Of a DNA stretch of 64,000 bases, positions 44,701 through 58,381 are shown piece by piece; the first letter of the stretch is position 1; the number at the start of each line of letters is the position of its first letter. The stretch covers positions 372,001-436,000 of the forward strand of contig JAPDFW010000044.1 in the NCBI GenBank assembly GCA_028826165.1. Direction: 5' to 3'. The translations under genes were made by a program, and so were the position numbers. The notes beneath the pieces were generated by a model, which worked only from the letters and a program-made list of their open reading frames with translations, made no database searches and had not been told where the DNA came from. Origin of the DNA: Anaeramoeba ignava BMAN. Taxonomy: Eukaryota; Protista; Anaeramoebae.

Positions 44701-47700
44701 ATTTCATTTTCATTTTCATTTTCAATTTCTTTTTCATTTTCAATTTGATTTTCAATTTTAATTTCTTTTTCATTTTTAATTTCTTTTTCAATTTGAATTT
44801 CTTTTTCAATTTTAATTTCATTTTCAATTTCAATTTGATTTTCAATTTGATTTTCAATTTTAATTTCTTTTTCATTTTCAATTTCATTTTCAATTTCATT
44901 TTTATTTTCAATTTTAATTTCATTTTCATTTTCATTTTCAATTTCTTTTTCATTTTCAATTTGATTTTCAATTTTAATTTCTTTTTCATTTTTAATTTCT
45001 TTTTCAATTTTATTTCCAATTTTAATTTCTTTTTCATTTTCAATTTGATTTTCAATTTTAATTTCTTTTTCATTTTGAATTTCATTTTCATTTTCATTTT
45101 CAATTTTAATTTCTTTTTCATTTTTAATTTCTTTTGCTTTTGAAATTGTTTCTAATAAATATTTTATAAATTCTTTAGTTATATTGATAAATGATTGTGA
45201 AACATTACAATACATATTATCATTTGAAATAATATTCATATTTATCAATTTCTCTTCAAAACTATAATCAATTTGAAATAATAAATTCCATTTTTCAATA
45301 AAATTTTCCCAAGATTCAACATTTACATTATAATAATCAATATAAAAATTAATCAATAATTTTGAATTAATTTGTTTTGTTTCTAAATTTCCATTAATTG
45401 GTAAATCAAATTTATCAATATCTAAAATAAAAAGTGGTTGAGTTCTTAAAGAATGTGAATGATTATCAATTAATCCAATTTTAAATCCTTTTGTTTGTAA
45501 ATTGAAAATGAAATTTTCTTTTCTATCAATCACTTTCTTATAATTATAATTATCATTTTCTTTTTCTTCTTGAATTTTAATTATTACTCTTTTTTGTTTA
45601 AAAATTTTGAAATGTTTTATAAATGAAAAATAAATTTGAATTATCATTTTTAAATCTTTTGTTGTAAATAATGTTGCATCAAAATTTGAAAAGGAAGAAT
45701 CTAAAACAAATTTATTATCCTTTTTCATAATATCAATCTGATTTGAAAAATTAAATGGTTGAACAATAACTCTTTTTTGAAATTTTTCTTCAGTTTCAAA
45801 TTTAAGATAGTTAACTTTAATATCTTGATCAATTATATTTATATTAATATCATCACTTGATATTATTTTCTTATAATTAAAAACAAGATTATGTTTAATT
45901 TCAAGTGCTTTCTTTTGTTTAACATATAAATTTGGGAAAAAAATAATTTTTTGATTGTGAATAAATAATTCTAAATGTAAATTTTTTTTGAATAAATTTT
46001 CATTTTCATTTTCATTTTGGTTTGAAATTTGAATTCTTTCTGGAATGAAAAAATGTATAAAATCAAATATTATTGGCCAATTTACATAAAATGTTAAGGA
46101 AATTAATGATATAACAACTTTAATTTCATTTTGTTCAGAAAATATATTTGCTTCAAATTGATTTATATTTTCTCTTAAATCTTTTTTATTTAATCCAAAA
46201 ACTTCTCGATAATATCCTTTAAAATTTGGATTTGAATTGATCATTTTGATTCTTGAAATTGTAACATCAGTAATATTTTTTGAATTTTCAAATAATTTAT
46301 CTTTTAATTTCAATTTTTCAAGTGTTAATTTGGCAAATGAATCTTCATGTAGAATAAATTCAATAATGTTGTCTTCAATTTTACTTGATTTATGAAGAAA
46401 TTCAATTTCAATTTTATCAAATGTAATTTCAAATTCTGCTTTAATTAAATTTAAATCTTTGTTTTCTTCTTTTTTATCATCTTGAATTTTTTCTTCAATA
46501 TCTTTAATTTCTTGTTGGATTATTTTTAATTTTTCTTTGAAATTATTCTTTGTAAATGTTTTGGAAATTTGTTCAAATAATTTTCTACTAATAACTAACT
46601 TGATTATTGGGAAATGTGTTGATAAAATGAATTTAGGTTTCTTTTCATTCACTTCTTTTTGTAATAGAAAAGGAAAATGGTTAATTTGAAAAGAAAATGA
46701 TGTTTCTGAAATGATTGTATTATATTCTGTTTCTTTCTTGTTAATTTTTCCAATTTCAAATTTCAAATCATTAAACTCTGAAAAATAATTAATTGAAATT
46801 TCTTGTTCATTAACAAAATTAAAATTATTTTTGAAATTGATTTGTTTAAATTTTCCAATTATAAAAGAATTTGATTTAAAATGTTTTGGAATGATAATAT
46901 CAAAATTATGAAGATTAATATCAAAAAGTAGAAATTCTTTTTCTTCATTGATTTTAGATTGTACTTTTTTTGCTTTAATCATTAATTCTGTTACAAAACT
47001 TTCAAAATTAATTTCTGATTGAAAATAAGCACTTTGTTCAATAATTTTGCCAAAATATTCTTCAATTTCTTGAAAAAAATTGAATAAAATTATTGTTTGA
47101 AGATTATGGATATCAATTTTAAAAATTTTTGAATTTGTAAATTTGTTCTGATCTTGATTATTATTATTGTTTGAATAAATTTCATATTTAATAAATCTTT
47201 TTGGATCAAGAGATTTAATAATATCTGGATATTTTGAATCAATAAAAGTTAAATCAATCAATCTAAAATTCCCAATACTTCCATCTATTCTCTTTTCATT
47301 TTTGAGATTAATAACATTTGATTCAATATTTTCAAGAATAATTTTGGAAACTGATGATTCTTTTGTTAATAATGTTATTGATATTTGATTAATTTTGGAA
47401 ACTATTTTAAAACTTTTATCATTCTTCTCAAAATTATCATTTAAATTTAAAAAACTTGAAATTGAACTTGAAATTGAAATTGAATTGGAAGTTGAAATAA
47501 TTTTCTTTTTTTCTTGATTATTTGCAAAATTTTTGAAATAAAAATTTATTAATTCACAAAGAGTTTCTTGATTAAGATAAATATCTAATGTATTAAATCC
47601 CATTTGTAAATCATAAGTAAATCCTGTATAATTTTTAGATGATTCTTCATATTGATATCCTTTAATAAAAAATGCTTCTTTTTCTGGTGATAATATCATA

Positions 47701-50546
47701 AATTCATTTTGATTAGAATATAAATCTTCAACTTGAAAAGTTTCTAATTTTAATTCAAAATTTTTATGAAAAGAATATTGAGAAAAATTCATTTCTAAAT
47801 TCCCTAAATTAAATTTAAGTAAATTATAAATATTTTCAGGTTTTTCATCTTCTTGAAGTAAAATGGAAATTTTTGGAATTGTTAAATTAATCTTCATTTT
47901 TTGCCAATTAGGGAAAATATTTGCTTTTTTTAAATCATTAAATTCTATAATTTGTGGGAATTTTGCTCCTGTTTTTGTTTTTAATGTTTTTATAATTTTT
48001 TGTATATTAATCCATTTTGTTGAAGTAATTTCTAAATTAATTTCTGGTAATGATCCTTTTAATCTATTTTTTTTTTTGAATTTAAAAATTAGAATTAAAT
48101 TTTAAATGATATTTTTTATTATTATTTTACTTAAATCTGTCAAATTGATTTATATTTTTGGGAAATATTGAAACTTCTAATAAAAGTGAAATATCTATAT
48201 CAGGAAGTATTTGATATTCTTTGTTTGTAATTTGATCAAAATAATATTGTTCAAATGGGTAAATGAAGGAATTGACTTTTGATATATTAATTTCAAAAAT
48301 ATCAAATATATTATCCTCAATATTTTCAATATCATTTTTTTTCAAATTATCACTTATTTTTTGAGATATATAATCAACATTTTCTGAATTTAATAAATTT
48401 TTTGGATCACTTTTAATTGATAAATCACCAAGATTTGCAACAAACAAAGCTCCATCTTTATTTTGTTTGATTTTTTCAGGAAATAACAATAAACAAGATC
48501 CAATTTGAATATCAAGTTTGAATTTTTTATGGTTTTGAATTGCATAAGAAAGAGCTTTTTGACTTATTATTGTTATTTGATTTTTTGTAAATTGCTGAAT
48601 TTCATCTGTTCTTATTTTTCGAAATTTCTTGAAAAATTGGATAAATTTGGAGATTAAAATTGGATTATAAACAACTTTCAAAGGTTTCATCTTCATATTC
48701 AAATCAATTTCATTATTATATTTTTTAAATTCAATTATGGATTCAAAAAAGTTTTCTTGTTCATCTTGTTTTTGCATTGGAGATATTATCAAAGGATATT
48801 TTGTTTTATGAGTAAAATGATCAATAATTGTGAAATTTTTGAGAATTGATTCAATTTTTTGATATCCATGACTATATAAAAATTTGATTAATGCTTGATC
48901 AAAACTAATTTCTGAAATTTTTGAATAAATTTCTGATTCTGAATCTAATTGAGAAATGACAACTTCTCCTTTGGAAATTAAAAAAGAAAATTTAAAAGAG
49001 AAGGATTTCTTTGAATTATCAAAACCAAGAGAATTAAACAATTCTATAATCTCTTCATTATTAAGATTAACTTGAACTTTTTTCACTTCATCTGAATCTT
49101 CAAATGATTCAATTCTTGTAAACCATCTAATTAAAAAATTCCTTTTTGAAAGTTCTTCTTGAATTTCCTTCTTTTTTTTCAAAATGATTTTTTGTTGTTC
49201 ATTAACTGTTTTTTGATATTCTTTTTCTGCAATTTTACGAAAGAATATAATATCTTTCACATTTAAAATCTCTTCAAAATGATTGATTTGTTCTTGTAAT
49301 TCTTTCTCTATTTCCTTGTTTTTTCCTTTTTCTAATTTGAGTTTTTGTTTCCATAATTTTATATATTTATTTCTTGAAATTGTTGAAATGATTATTAAAT
49401 ATTGATTTTGTTTTTTATATTCTTTTTTTAAAGGATGAGAAGCACATTTAAAAATGAATTTCCACCATTTTTGATTAATTTTTTCTTCATTTTGAATTGG
49501 ATTTGTTTCTGGTTTTGAATATTTTCTAAACTAAATATTCAATAAAAAAAATAATAAAATAATTTAAATTATTCTTTTTTTTCTTTGATTTAAAATTTAC
49601 TTTTGTTCTTCTAATATTAAAAAGAAATTTATTAGAAGTTTGAATTATTGAAATTAATTGATTTTGTTCTAATTGAATAAATAATTTCTGAATTAATTCA
49701 AATTGAATATCAATTAAAGGTTTTTCTTCATTTAAATCTAATTTTAATTTTATAAATCCTTTGGGAATTTTTAAAACTTCATTTGAATTCCAACAAATTT
49801 TGAAATTTTGGAAAGTTAATAATTTATAAAGAATTTTTGGTTCAATTTCAGGAATTGAAGGATTCCAATTTGAATCACAACTTTGAATACTAAATTGATC
49901 TAAAAAAATTTCAAATTCAAATCCATCTTCAAATTCAAATTTAATGTGAATATTTTCAATACTAATTTGTGTATTGTTAATAATTTGTTTTGTTATATTT
50001 TTAATAAAATCTTCATTTTCTTCTTCATTTGAATTAATTTCTTTTTTCATAATTTCAAATCTTTCAATTTTTTCTTTTTTTTCTTTTTGAATCAATTCTT
50101 TTTGAATTTTGGAATCTCTCTAAAAAAATGTTTTAAAATAAATATTATTTAAATTTATTTAATAAAAGATGGTTTTTTTTTATAAACCTTTGAATCAAGA
50201 AAAGAAGTAAAAATCATTTCAATTTTATCAATTATTATTATTGTTGGTTTTGAAGAAAGATGTTTCCAAGGAATTTGAATTTGAAGATTTCCAATAAATC
50301 CTTTTTTAAAATTAATTTATTTTTTTTAACAAAATTTAATTAAAAATTTTTATTTTATTTTATTTTTTTACCATTTTTTAATTCAAATGGTATTTTAGAT
50401 TTTTTAAAACCATCAGGATTTAATTCTATATTTGTTAAAGAAATATCTCCATTCCAAATTGAAAATTTTAAATCATCTTGATTAAATCCTTTAATAAATT
50501 TGTTAAAATATGTGTTTAAAATTATTTTTATAATTTTTTCAAACAT
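38794..50546 (-). CDS. VPS13: VPS13 family lipid-transfer protein, multi-exon
   Basis: Chorein-N MFEKIIKIILNTYFNKFIKGF...SIWNGDISLTNIEL; VAB region FSPRFFIVN and PPYLINNQT...YSWE; FQLDNQ; C-terminal ATG2_C-like Gly-rich amphipathic region GVSGLVTQPIKGAKKSG...GRVRLPRYF. Confidence 0.92.
39040..40500. repeat. Intronic (ATATCCAA)n octamer satellite in the last VPS13 intron (39009-40516)
   Basis: Directly visible. Confidence 0.9.
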
Positions 50547-50844
50547 TTTTAAAAGAGAAAAAAATGAAATTTTGGAAATTAAAAAATATTATTTTAAACA
50601 TAAAATTAAATTTTAAATTATATTTTTAAATTAATTTTCAAATTAAATATTAAATCAAAAACTATTCAAAAACTATTTAAAAACTTGGAATGAAATGAAA
50701 ATTATTTTATCAAAAAAATATTAAATTCTAGATAAATATTAAATTAAATTATTTAAATATTTTATTTATTCACAAATCAAATTTAGAAATTATTTAAATT
50801 ATTTAAATTAAACTTATTCAAATTATTTAAGAAAATCAAAAATA

Positions 50845-51420
50845 AATATTTAACATATAAATATAAAAAATGGGAATAGATTTAATTTAATATTTAATTT
50901 AAAAATTAATTCAAAAATATAATTTAATATTTAATTTCATTATTAAAATAATAATTTATTGTTTTAGATTTAAATATTTTATTATTTAAATATTTAACAT
51001 AAAAATATAAAAAATAAGAATAGATTTAATTTAATATTTAATTTATAAATTAATTTAAAAATATAATTTAATATTTAATTTCATTATTGAAATAATAATT
51101 TATTGTTTTAGATTTAAATATTTTATTATTTAAATATTTAACATATAAATATAAAAATAAAAATAGATTTAATTTAATATTTAATTTATAAATTAATTTA
51201 AAAATATAATTTAATATTTAATTTTATTATTAAAATAATAATTTATTGTTTTAGATTTAAATATTTTATTATTTAAATATTTAACATATAAATATAAAAA
51301 ATAAGAATAAGTTTAATTTAATATTTAATTTATAAATTAATTTAAAAATATAATTTAATATTTAATTTTATTATTAAAATAATAATTTATTGTTTTAGAT
51401 TTAAATATTTTATTATTTAA
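50845..51420 (-). repeat. ~144-bp BTB-TLDc-associated tandem repeat, inverted (~4 copies)
   Basis: Reverse complement of the 15345-15890 unit. Confidence 0.88.
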
Positions 51421-51786
51421 AAATATTTTGAAAATTGATTTTTTGAAATTAAAATTTTATCTTTTTTTTGAATTAAATTGAATTAATATTAATTTGGAAA
51501 TTTGTTTTAAAATTTAAATTTATTAATAATTTTTAAATTCCAAAAAAAAATTAAATTAAAAATTAAATTAAAATAATTTTCCTTTTTTTAATAATAAAAA
51601 TTAATAAAAATAATAATAATTTATTAATAAATTAATTTAAAATAATAAATTAAAAGAAAATTAAATTAATTATTAATTTAAATTTATTCTTATTTTTATA
51701 TAAATTTAATTTCCAAAAAACAAAAAAATATTTTTATTTTCAAAAATTAAAAATTTTTCATTTTTAATAACAAAAAACAAAACAAA

Positions 51787-54312
51787 ATGGATAATAATAA
51801 ATAAATTAATAAAAAAAAATAAATCAAAAAAGAAAATTAAATTAAAAATTAATTTAAATTTAAATTATTTTCAAAATAAATTTCAAAATCAAAAATATTT
51901 TCAAAATCAAAATTCAATTTTTCATTTTTAAAAACAAAATCAAAATCAAAATCAAAATCAAAATCAAAATCAAAATCAAAATCAAAATCAAAATCAAAAT
52001 CAAAATCAAAATCATAATCAAATTCAAAATCAAAATCAAATTCAAATTCAAAATCAAAATCAAAATCAAAATCAAATTCAAATTCAAAATCAAAATCAAT
52101 TACAAAAGATTTTTTCAGATTCAGAAATTATTCAAGATATTGAATATGTTAAGAAATTACAAGAATGGATAAATGATAATGATTTTTTTTATAAAATGAA
52201 AAAAGGATTTTCAACAAAAATAGATGGATTTGATTCTAAAAATTGGCATTCAATTTGTGATGATAAAGGAAAAACATTAGTTATTATCAAAACAAAAGAA
52301 AATTTTATTTTTGGAGGATTTACTCAAGTTGGATGGACAAATGATACATCAAAATGGAGTGAAGATAATTATGGTTATGTATTTATTCCAGATTCAAATG
52401 CATTTATTTTTTCATTAAGAAATGATAAAAGAGATCGAAAACCAGAAAAGTTTACAATTCAAAAAGGAGAAGAAAAACATGCACTTCTTTATGATTTAAA
52501 TCATGGTCCAATTTTCGGAGGAGGTAAATATAAATAATTTATATTTAATAAATAATTATTATTATAATTAAAATTAAATTAATAAATAATCCAAAATATT
52601 AATATAATAAATAATATTATTATTTCAATTTAAAATAAAATTAATTTTAAATTAAATTATTATTAATTATTATTAAAATTAATTATTTATTTTTATTAAA
52701 ATAGATGGTAAATAAATTATATTTAATAAATATTTATTATTATAATTAAAATTAAATTAATAAATAATCCAAAATATTAATATAATAAATAATATTATTA
52801 TTTCAATTTAAAATAAAATTAATTTTAAATTAAATTATTATTAATTATTATTAAAATTAATCATTTATTTTTATTAAAATAGATTGTAAATAATTTATAT
52901 TTAATAAATATTTATTATTATAATTAAAATTAAATTAATAAATAATCTAAAATATTAATATAATTAATAATATCATTATTTCAATTTAAAATAAAATTAA
53001 TTTTAAATTAAATTATTATTAATTATTATTAAAATTAATTATTTATCTTTATTTAAATAGATTGTAAATAATTTATTATTTAATAAATATTTATTATTAT
53101 AATTAAAATTAAATTAATAAATAATCTAAAAATATTAATATAATAAATAATATTATTATTTCAATTTAAAATTAATTTAATTTTAAATTAAATTATTATT
53201 AATTATTATTAAAATTAATTATTTATATTTATTAAAATAGATGGTAAATAATTTATATTTAATAAATATTTATTATTTATAATTAAAATTAAATTAATAA
53301 ATAATCCAAAAATATTAATATAATCAATAATATTATTATTTCAATTTAAAATAAAATTAATTTTAAATTAAATTATTATTAATTATTATTAAAATTAATT
53401 ATTTATCTTTATTAAAATAGATGGTAAATAAATTATATTTAATAAATATTTATTATTATAATTAAAATTAAATTAATAAATAATCTAAAATATTAATATA
53501 ATAAATAATATTATTATTTTAATCTAAAATAAAATTAATTTTAAATTAAATTATTATTAATTATTATTAAAATTAATTATTTATATTTTTATTAAAATAG
53601 TTGGTAAATAATTTATATTTAATAAATATTTATTATTATAATTAAAATTAAATTAATAAATAATCTAAAATATTAATATAATAAATAATATTATTATTTC
53701 AATTTAAAATAAAAAATTAATTTTAAATTAAATTATTATTAATTATTATTAAAAATTAATTATTTATTTTTATTAAAATAGATTGTAAATAATTTTATAT
53801 TTAATAAATATTTATTTTATTATAATTAAAATTAAATTAATAAATAATCAAAAATATTAATATAATAAATAATATTATTATTTTTAATTTAAAATAAAAT
53901 TAATTTTAAATTAAATTATTATTAATTATTATTAAAATTAATTATTTATCTTTATTTAAAATAGCTGGTAAATAATTTATATTTAATAAATATTTATTAT
54001 TATAATTAAAATTAAATTAATAAATAATCCAAAATATTAATATAATAAATAATATTATTATTTCAATTTAAAATAAAATTAATTTTAAATTAAATTATTA
54101 TTAATTATTATTAAAATTAATTATTTATCTTTATTAAAATATTTATAGGTGATATTTGGATAAATTCTGATTTACAATCTGGTTATTCAGATTTTGGTTT
54201 TACTTATAATCTACCTAATGGAATTAAAAAATACACAAATGAAGCTAGAAGTTATTTAGCTGGTTCTTATGATAAATGGATTGTTGATGAACTTGAGACT
54301 TATTTCATTTAA
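51787..54312 (+). CDS. TLDc protein (copy 3); type-A 5' flank and MDNNN start but no BTB domain; 5' part low-complexity or frameshifted
   Basis: TLDc ORF 52196-52523; donor at 52524; final exon 54149-54312 encodes DIWINSD...WIVDELETYFI*. Confidence 0.7.
52524..54148 (+). repeat. Array of 9 ~180-bp GT-AG intron units separated by 3-nt putative micro-exons
   Basis: Spacers: ATG 52705, ATT 52883, ATT 53061, ATG 53241, ATG 53421, TTG 53601, ATT 53782, CTG 53965. Confidence 0.92.
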
Positions 54313-54923
54313 AAACTATTTTTCATTTTTTTTTCAAAATTTAATTCAATTTTAATTTACTTTCAATCAAATTAAATTCTTCAAATCAATAAATAAGAAA
54401 CAAATCTAATTTTAAATAATTTAATTTTAATTTAAAAATATTATTAAAAAGAAGATTAAATTGAAAAAAATGAAAATCAAAAATATATAAAAATTGAAAA
54501 TAGAAATTAATTATTATTAATTGTAAAATATTTTATAAAATATAAAATAAGAAACAAATCAATTATAATTTATTATTAAAAAATTATTTAATAAATAAAT
54601 AAATTGAAAATATTTTTAAATAATAAAATATTTAAATATAAAACAATAAATTATTATTTTAATAATTGAATTAAATATTAAATTATATTTTTAAATTAAT
54701 TTATAAATTAAATATTAAATTAAATCTATTCTTATTTTTTATATTTATATGTTAAATATTTAAATAATAAAATATTTAAATCTAAAACATTAAATTATTA
54801 TTTTAATAATAAAATTAAATATTAAATTATATTTTTAAATTGATTTATAAATTAAATATTAAATTAAATCTATTTTCATTTTTTCATTTTTTTCATTTTT
54901 TTCTTTTCAAATTTTTATTTAAA

Positions 54924-57900
54924 ATGGAAACTTATTTAAATTTAGAAAAACTTTCAAATGATTTAAAAAATTTATTTCAAAATCAAAATCAAAATGAAAA
55001 TGAAGATGAAAGTTATTTTGATTTTGAAATAATTTGTGAACAAAACAAAACTTCATTTAAAACTCATAAATCAATTCTTTCTTCAAGAAGTCAATATTTT
55101 AAATCTCTTTTCAAATCAAAAATGAAAGAATATCAAGAAAATAAATTAATTCTAAAAGATGTTTCAAGTTCAATTCTATCTTCAATTTTAAATTATTTTT
55201 ATTCAGGAAAAATTGAAATTAATTTAGAAAATGCAATAGAAATTTTAATTTTTTCATCAAAATATTTAATTGATGAATTAACTGAAATTTGTTTAAATTT
55301 TATCAAAAACAATTTACAAATTGAAACTATTGTTGATGTTCTTAAATTATCTGAATCAATGAACTTAAATCAATTATTGAATTCTTCTTATAAATTTATT
55401 TCAGAAAATTTTGAAGAATTTATTAAAACTCCTTTTTTTCTTGAACTTGAAGAAAATCATTTAAATTCAATTTTATCAAATGATTATATTCCAATAAATG
55501 AATTTAAAATTTTCCAATCAATAATAAAATGGGGAAAACATAAATCAAATATTAATCAAGAAAAAGAAAATCAAAAACTTGAAAAAAAGAAAAAGAAAAA
55601 TTACAAGATAAAATTTCAAATATTATTGATAAAATCAGATTTATTGATTTCACAAACCACGAACTTGAAGATATTTTGAAAGAAGATATAATTCCAAATC
55701 AAATTTCACAAAAATTAATTCAATTTCAAATACTTCAAAATGATAAAGAAAAATTAAATGAATTAAACGAATTAATTCAAAAAGAAAATCAAAATCAAAA
55801 TTCATTCATTTTTAAATCAAAATTTCTATCAGATTCAGAAATTATTCAAGATATTGAATATATTAAGAAATTACAAGAATGGATAAATGATAATGATTTT
55901 TTTTCTAAAATGAAAAAAGGATTTTCAGCAAAAAGAGATGGATTTGATTGTGATAAATGGCATTCAATTTGTGATGATAAAGGAAAAACATTAGTTATTA
56001 TCAAAACAAAAGATAATTTTATTTTTGGAGGATTTACTCAAGTTGGATGGACAAATGATACATCAAAATGGAGAGAAGAAGATAGAAATGATGATTATGG
56101 AAATATTCCAGATTCAAATGCATTTATTTTTTCATTAAGAAATGATAAAGAATATAGAAAACCAGAAAAGTTTACAATTCAAAAAGGAGAAGAAAAACAT
56201 GCACTTCTTTATGATTTAAATCATGGTCCAATTTTTGGAGGATGTAAATATAAATAATTTTATTATTTAATAAATATTTATTATTATAATTAAAATTAAA
56301 TTAATAAATAATACAAAATATTAATATAATAAATATTATTATTATTTTAATTTAAAATAAAATTAATTTTAAATTAAATTATTATTAATTATTATTAAAA
56401 TTAATTATTTATATTTATTAAAATAGTTGGTAAATAATTTATATTTAATAAATATTTATTAATATAATTAAAATTAAATTAATAAATAATCCAAAATATT
56501 AATATAATCAATATTATTATTATTTTAAATTTAAAATAAAATTAATTTTAAATTAAATTATTATTAATTATTATTAAAATTAATTATTTATTTTTATTAA
56601 AATAGTTTGTAAATAATTTATATTTAATAAATATTTATTATTATAATTAAAAATAAAATTAATAAATAATCCAAAATATTAATATAATTAATAATATTAT
56701 TATTTCAATTTAAAATAAAATTAATTTTAAATTAAATTATTATTAATTATTATTAAAATTAATTATTTATTTTTATTAAAATAGTTTGTAAATAATTTAT
56801 ATTTAATAAATAATTATTATTATAATTAAAATTAAATTAATAAATAATCTAAAAATATTAATATAATAAATAATATTATTATTTCAATTTAAAAATAAAA
56901 TTAATTTTTAAATTAAATTATTATTAATTATTATTAAAATTAATTATTTATATTTATTAAAATAGCTGGTAAATAATTTATATTTAATAAATATTTATTA
57001 TTATAATTAAAATTAAATTAATAAATAATCCAAAATATTAATATAATAAATAATATTATTATTTCAATTTAAAATAAAATTAATTTTAAATTAAATTATT
57101 ATTAATTATTATTAAAATTAATTATTTATATTTATTAAAATAGATGGTAAATAATTTATATTTAATAAATATTTATTATTATAATTAAAATTAAATTAAT
57201 AAATAATCCAAAAATATTAATATAATAAATAATATTATTATTTCAATTTAAAATAAAATTAATTTTAAATTAAATTATTATTAATTATTATTAAAATTAA
57301 TTTTTTATTTTTATTAAAATAGATGGTAAATAATTTATATTTAATAAATATTTATTAATATAATTAAAATTAAATTAATAAATAATCCAAAATATTAATA
57401 TAATAAATAATATTATTTTTAAATTTAAAATAAAATTAATTTTAAATTAAATTATTATTAATTATTATTAAAATTAATTATTTATTTTTATTAAAAATAG
57501 ATTGTAAATAATTTATATTTAATAAATATTTATTATTATAATTAAAATAAAATTAATAAATAATCCAAAATATTAATATAATAAATAATATTATTATTTA
57601 AATTTAAAATAAAATTAATTTTTAAATTAAATTATTATTAATTATTATTAAAATTAATTATTTATCTTTATTAAAATAGATAGTAAATAATTAATATTTA
57701 ATAAATATTTATTATTATAATTAAAAATAAAATTAATAAATAATCCAAAATATTAATATAATAAATAATATTATTATTTCAATTTAAAATAAAATTAATT
57801 TTAAATTAAATTATTATTAATTATCAAAATTAATTATTTATTTTTATTAAAATAGTTTGTAAATAATTAATATTTAATAAATATTTATTATTATAATTAA

Positions 57901-58381
57901 AATTAAATTAATAAATAATCCAAAATATTAATATAATAAATAATATTATTATTTCAATTTAAAATAAAATTAATTTTAAATTAAATTATTATTAATTATT
58001 ATTAAAATTAATTATTTATCTTTATTTAAATAGTTGGTAAATAATTTATATTTAATAAATATTTATTATTATAATTAAAATTAAATTAATAAATAATCCA
58101 AAATATTAATATAATAAATAATATTATTATTTGAATTTAAAATAAAATTAATTTTAAATTAAATTATTATTAATTATTATTAAAATTAATTATTTATATT
58201 TATTAAAATATTTATAGGTGATATTGAGTTAAATTCTGATTTACAATCTGGTTATTCAAATTTTGGTTTTAGTTATAATCTACCTAATGGAATGAAAGAT
58301 CCAACAAATGAAGCTGAAAGTTATTTAGCTGGTTCTTATGATGAATGGGTTGTTGATGAACTTGAGACTTATTTCATTTAA
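54924..58381 (+). CDS. BTB-BACK-TLDc protein (copy 4, type B), close paralog of 15939-19388
   Basis: METYLNLEKLSNDL start; indel near 55590; donor at 56244; final exon 58218-58381. Confidence 0.88.
56244..58217 (+). repeat. Array of 11 ~180-bp GT-AG intron units separated by 3-nt putative micro-exons
   Basis: Spacers: TTG 56427, TTT 56606, TTT 56785, CTG 56966, ATG 57144, ATG 57323, ATT 57501, ATA 57680, TTT 57856, TTG 58034. Confidence 0.92.
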
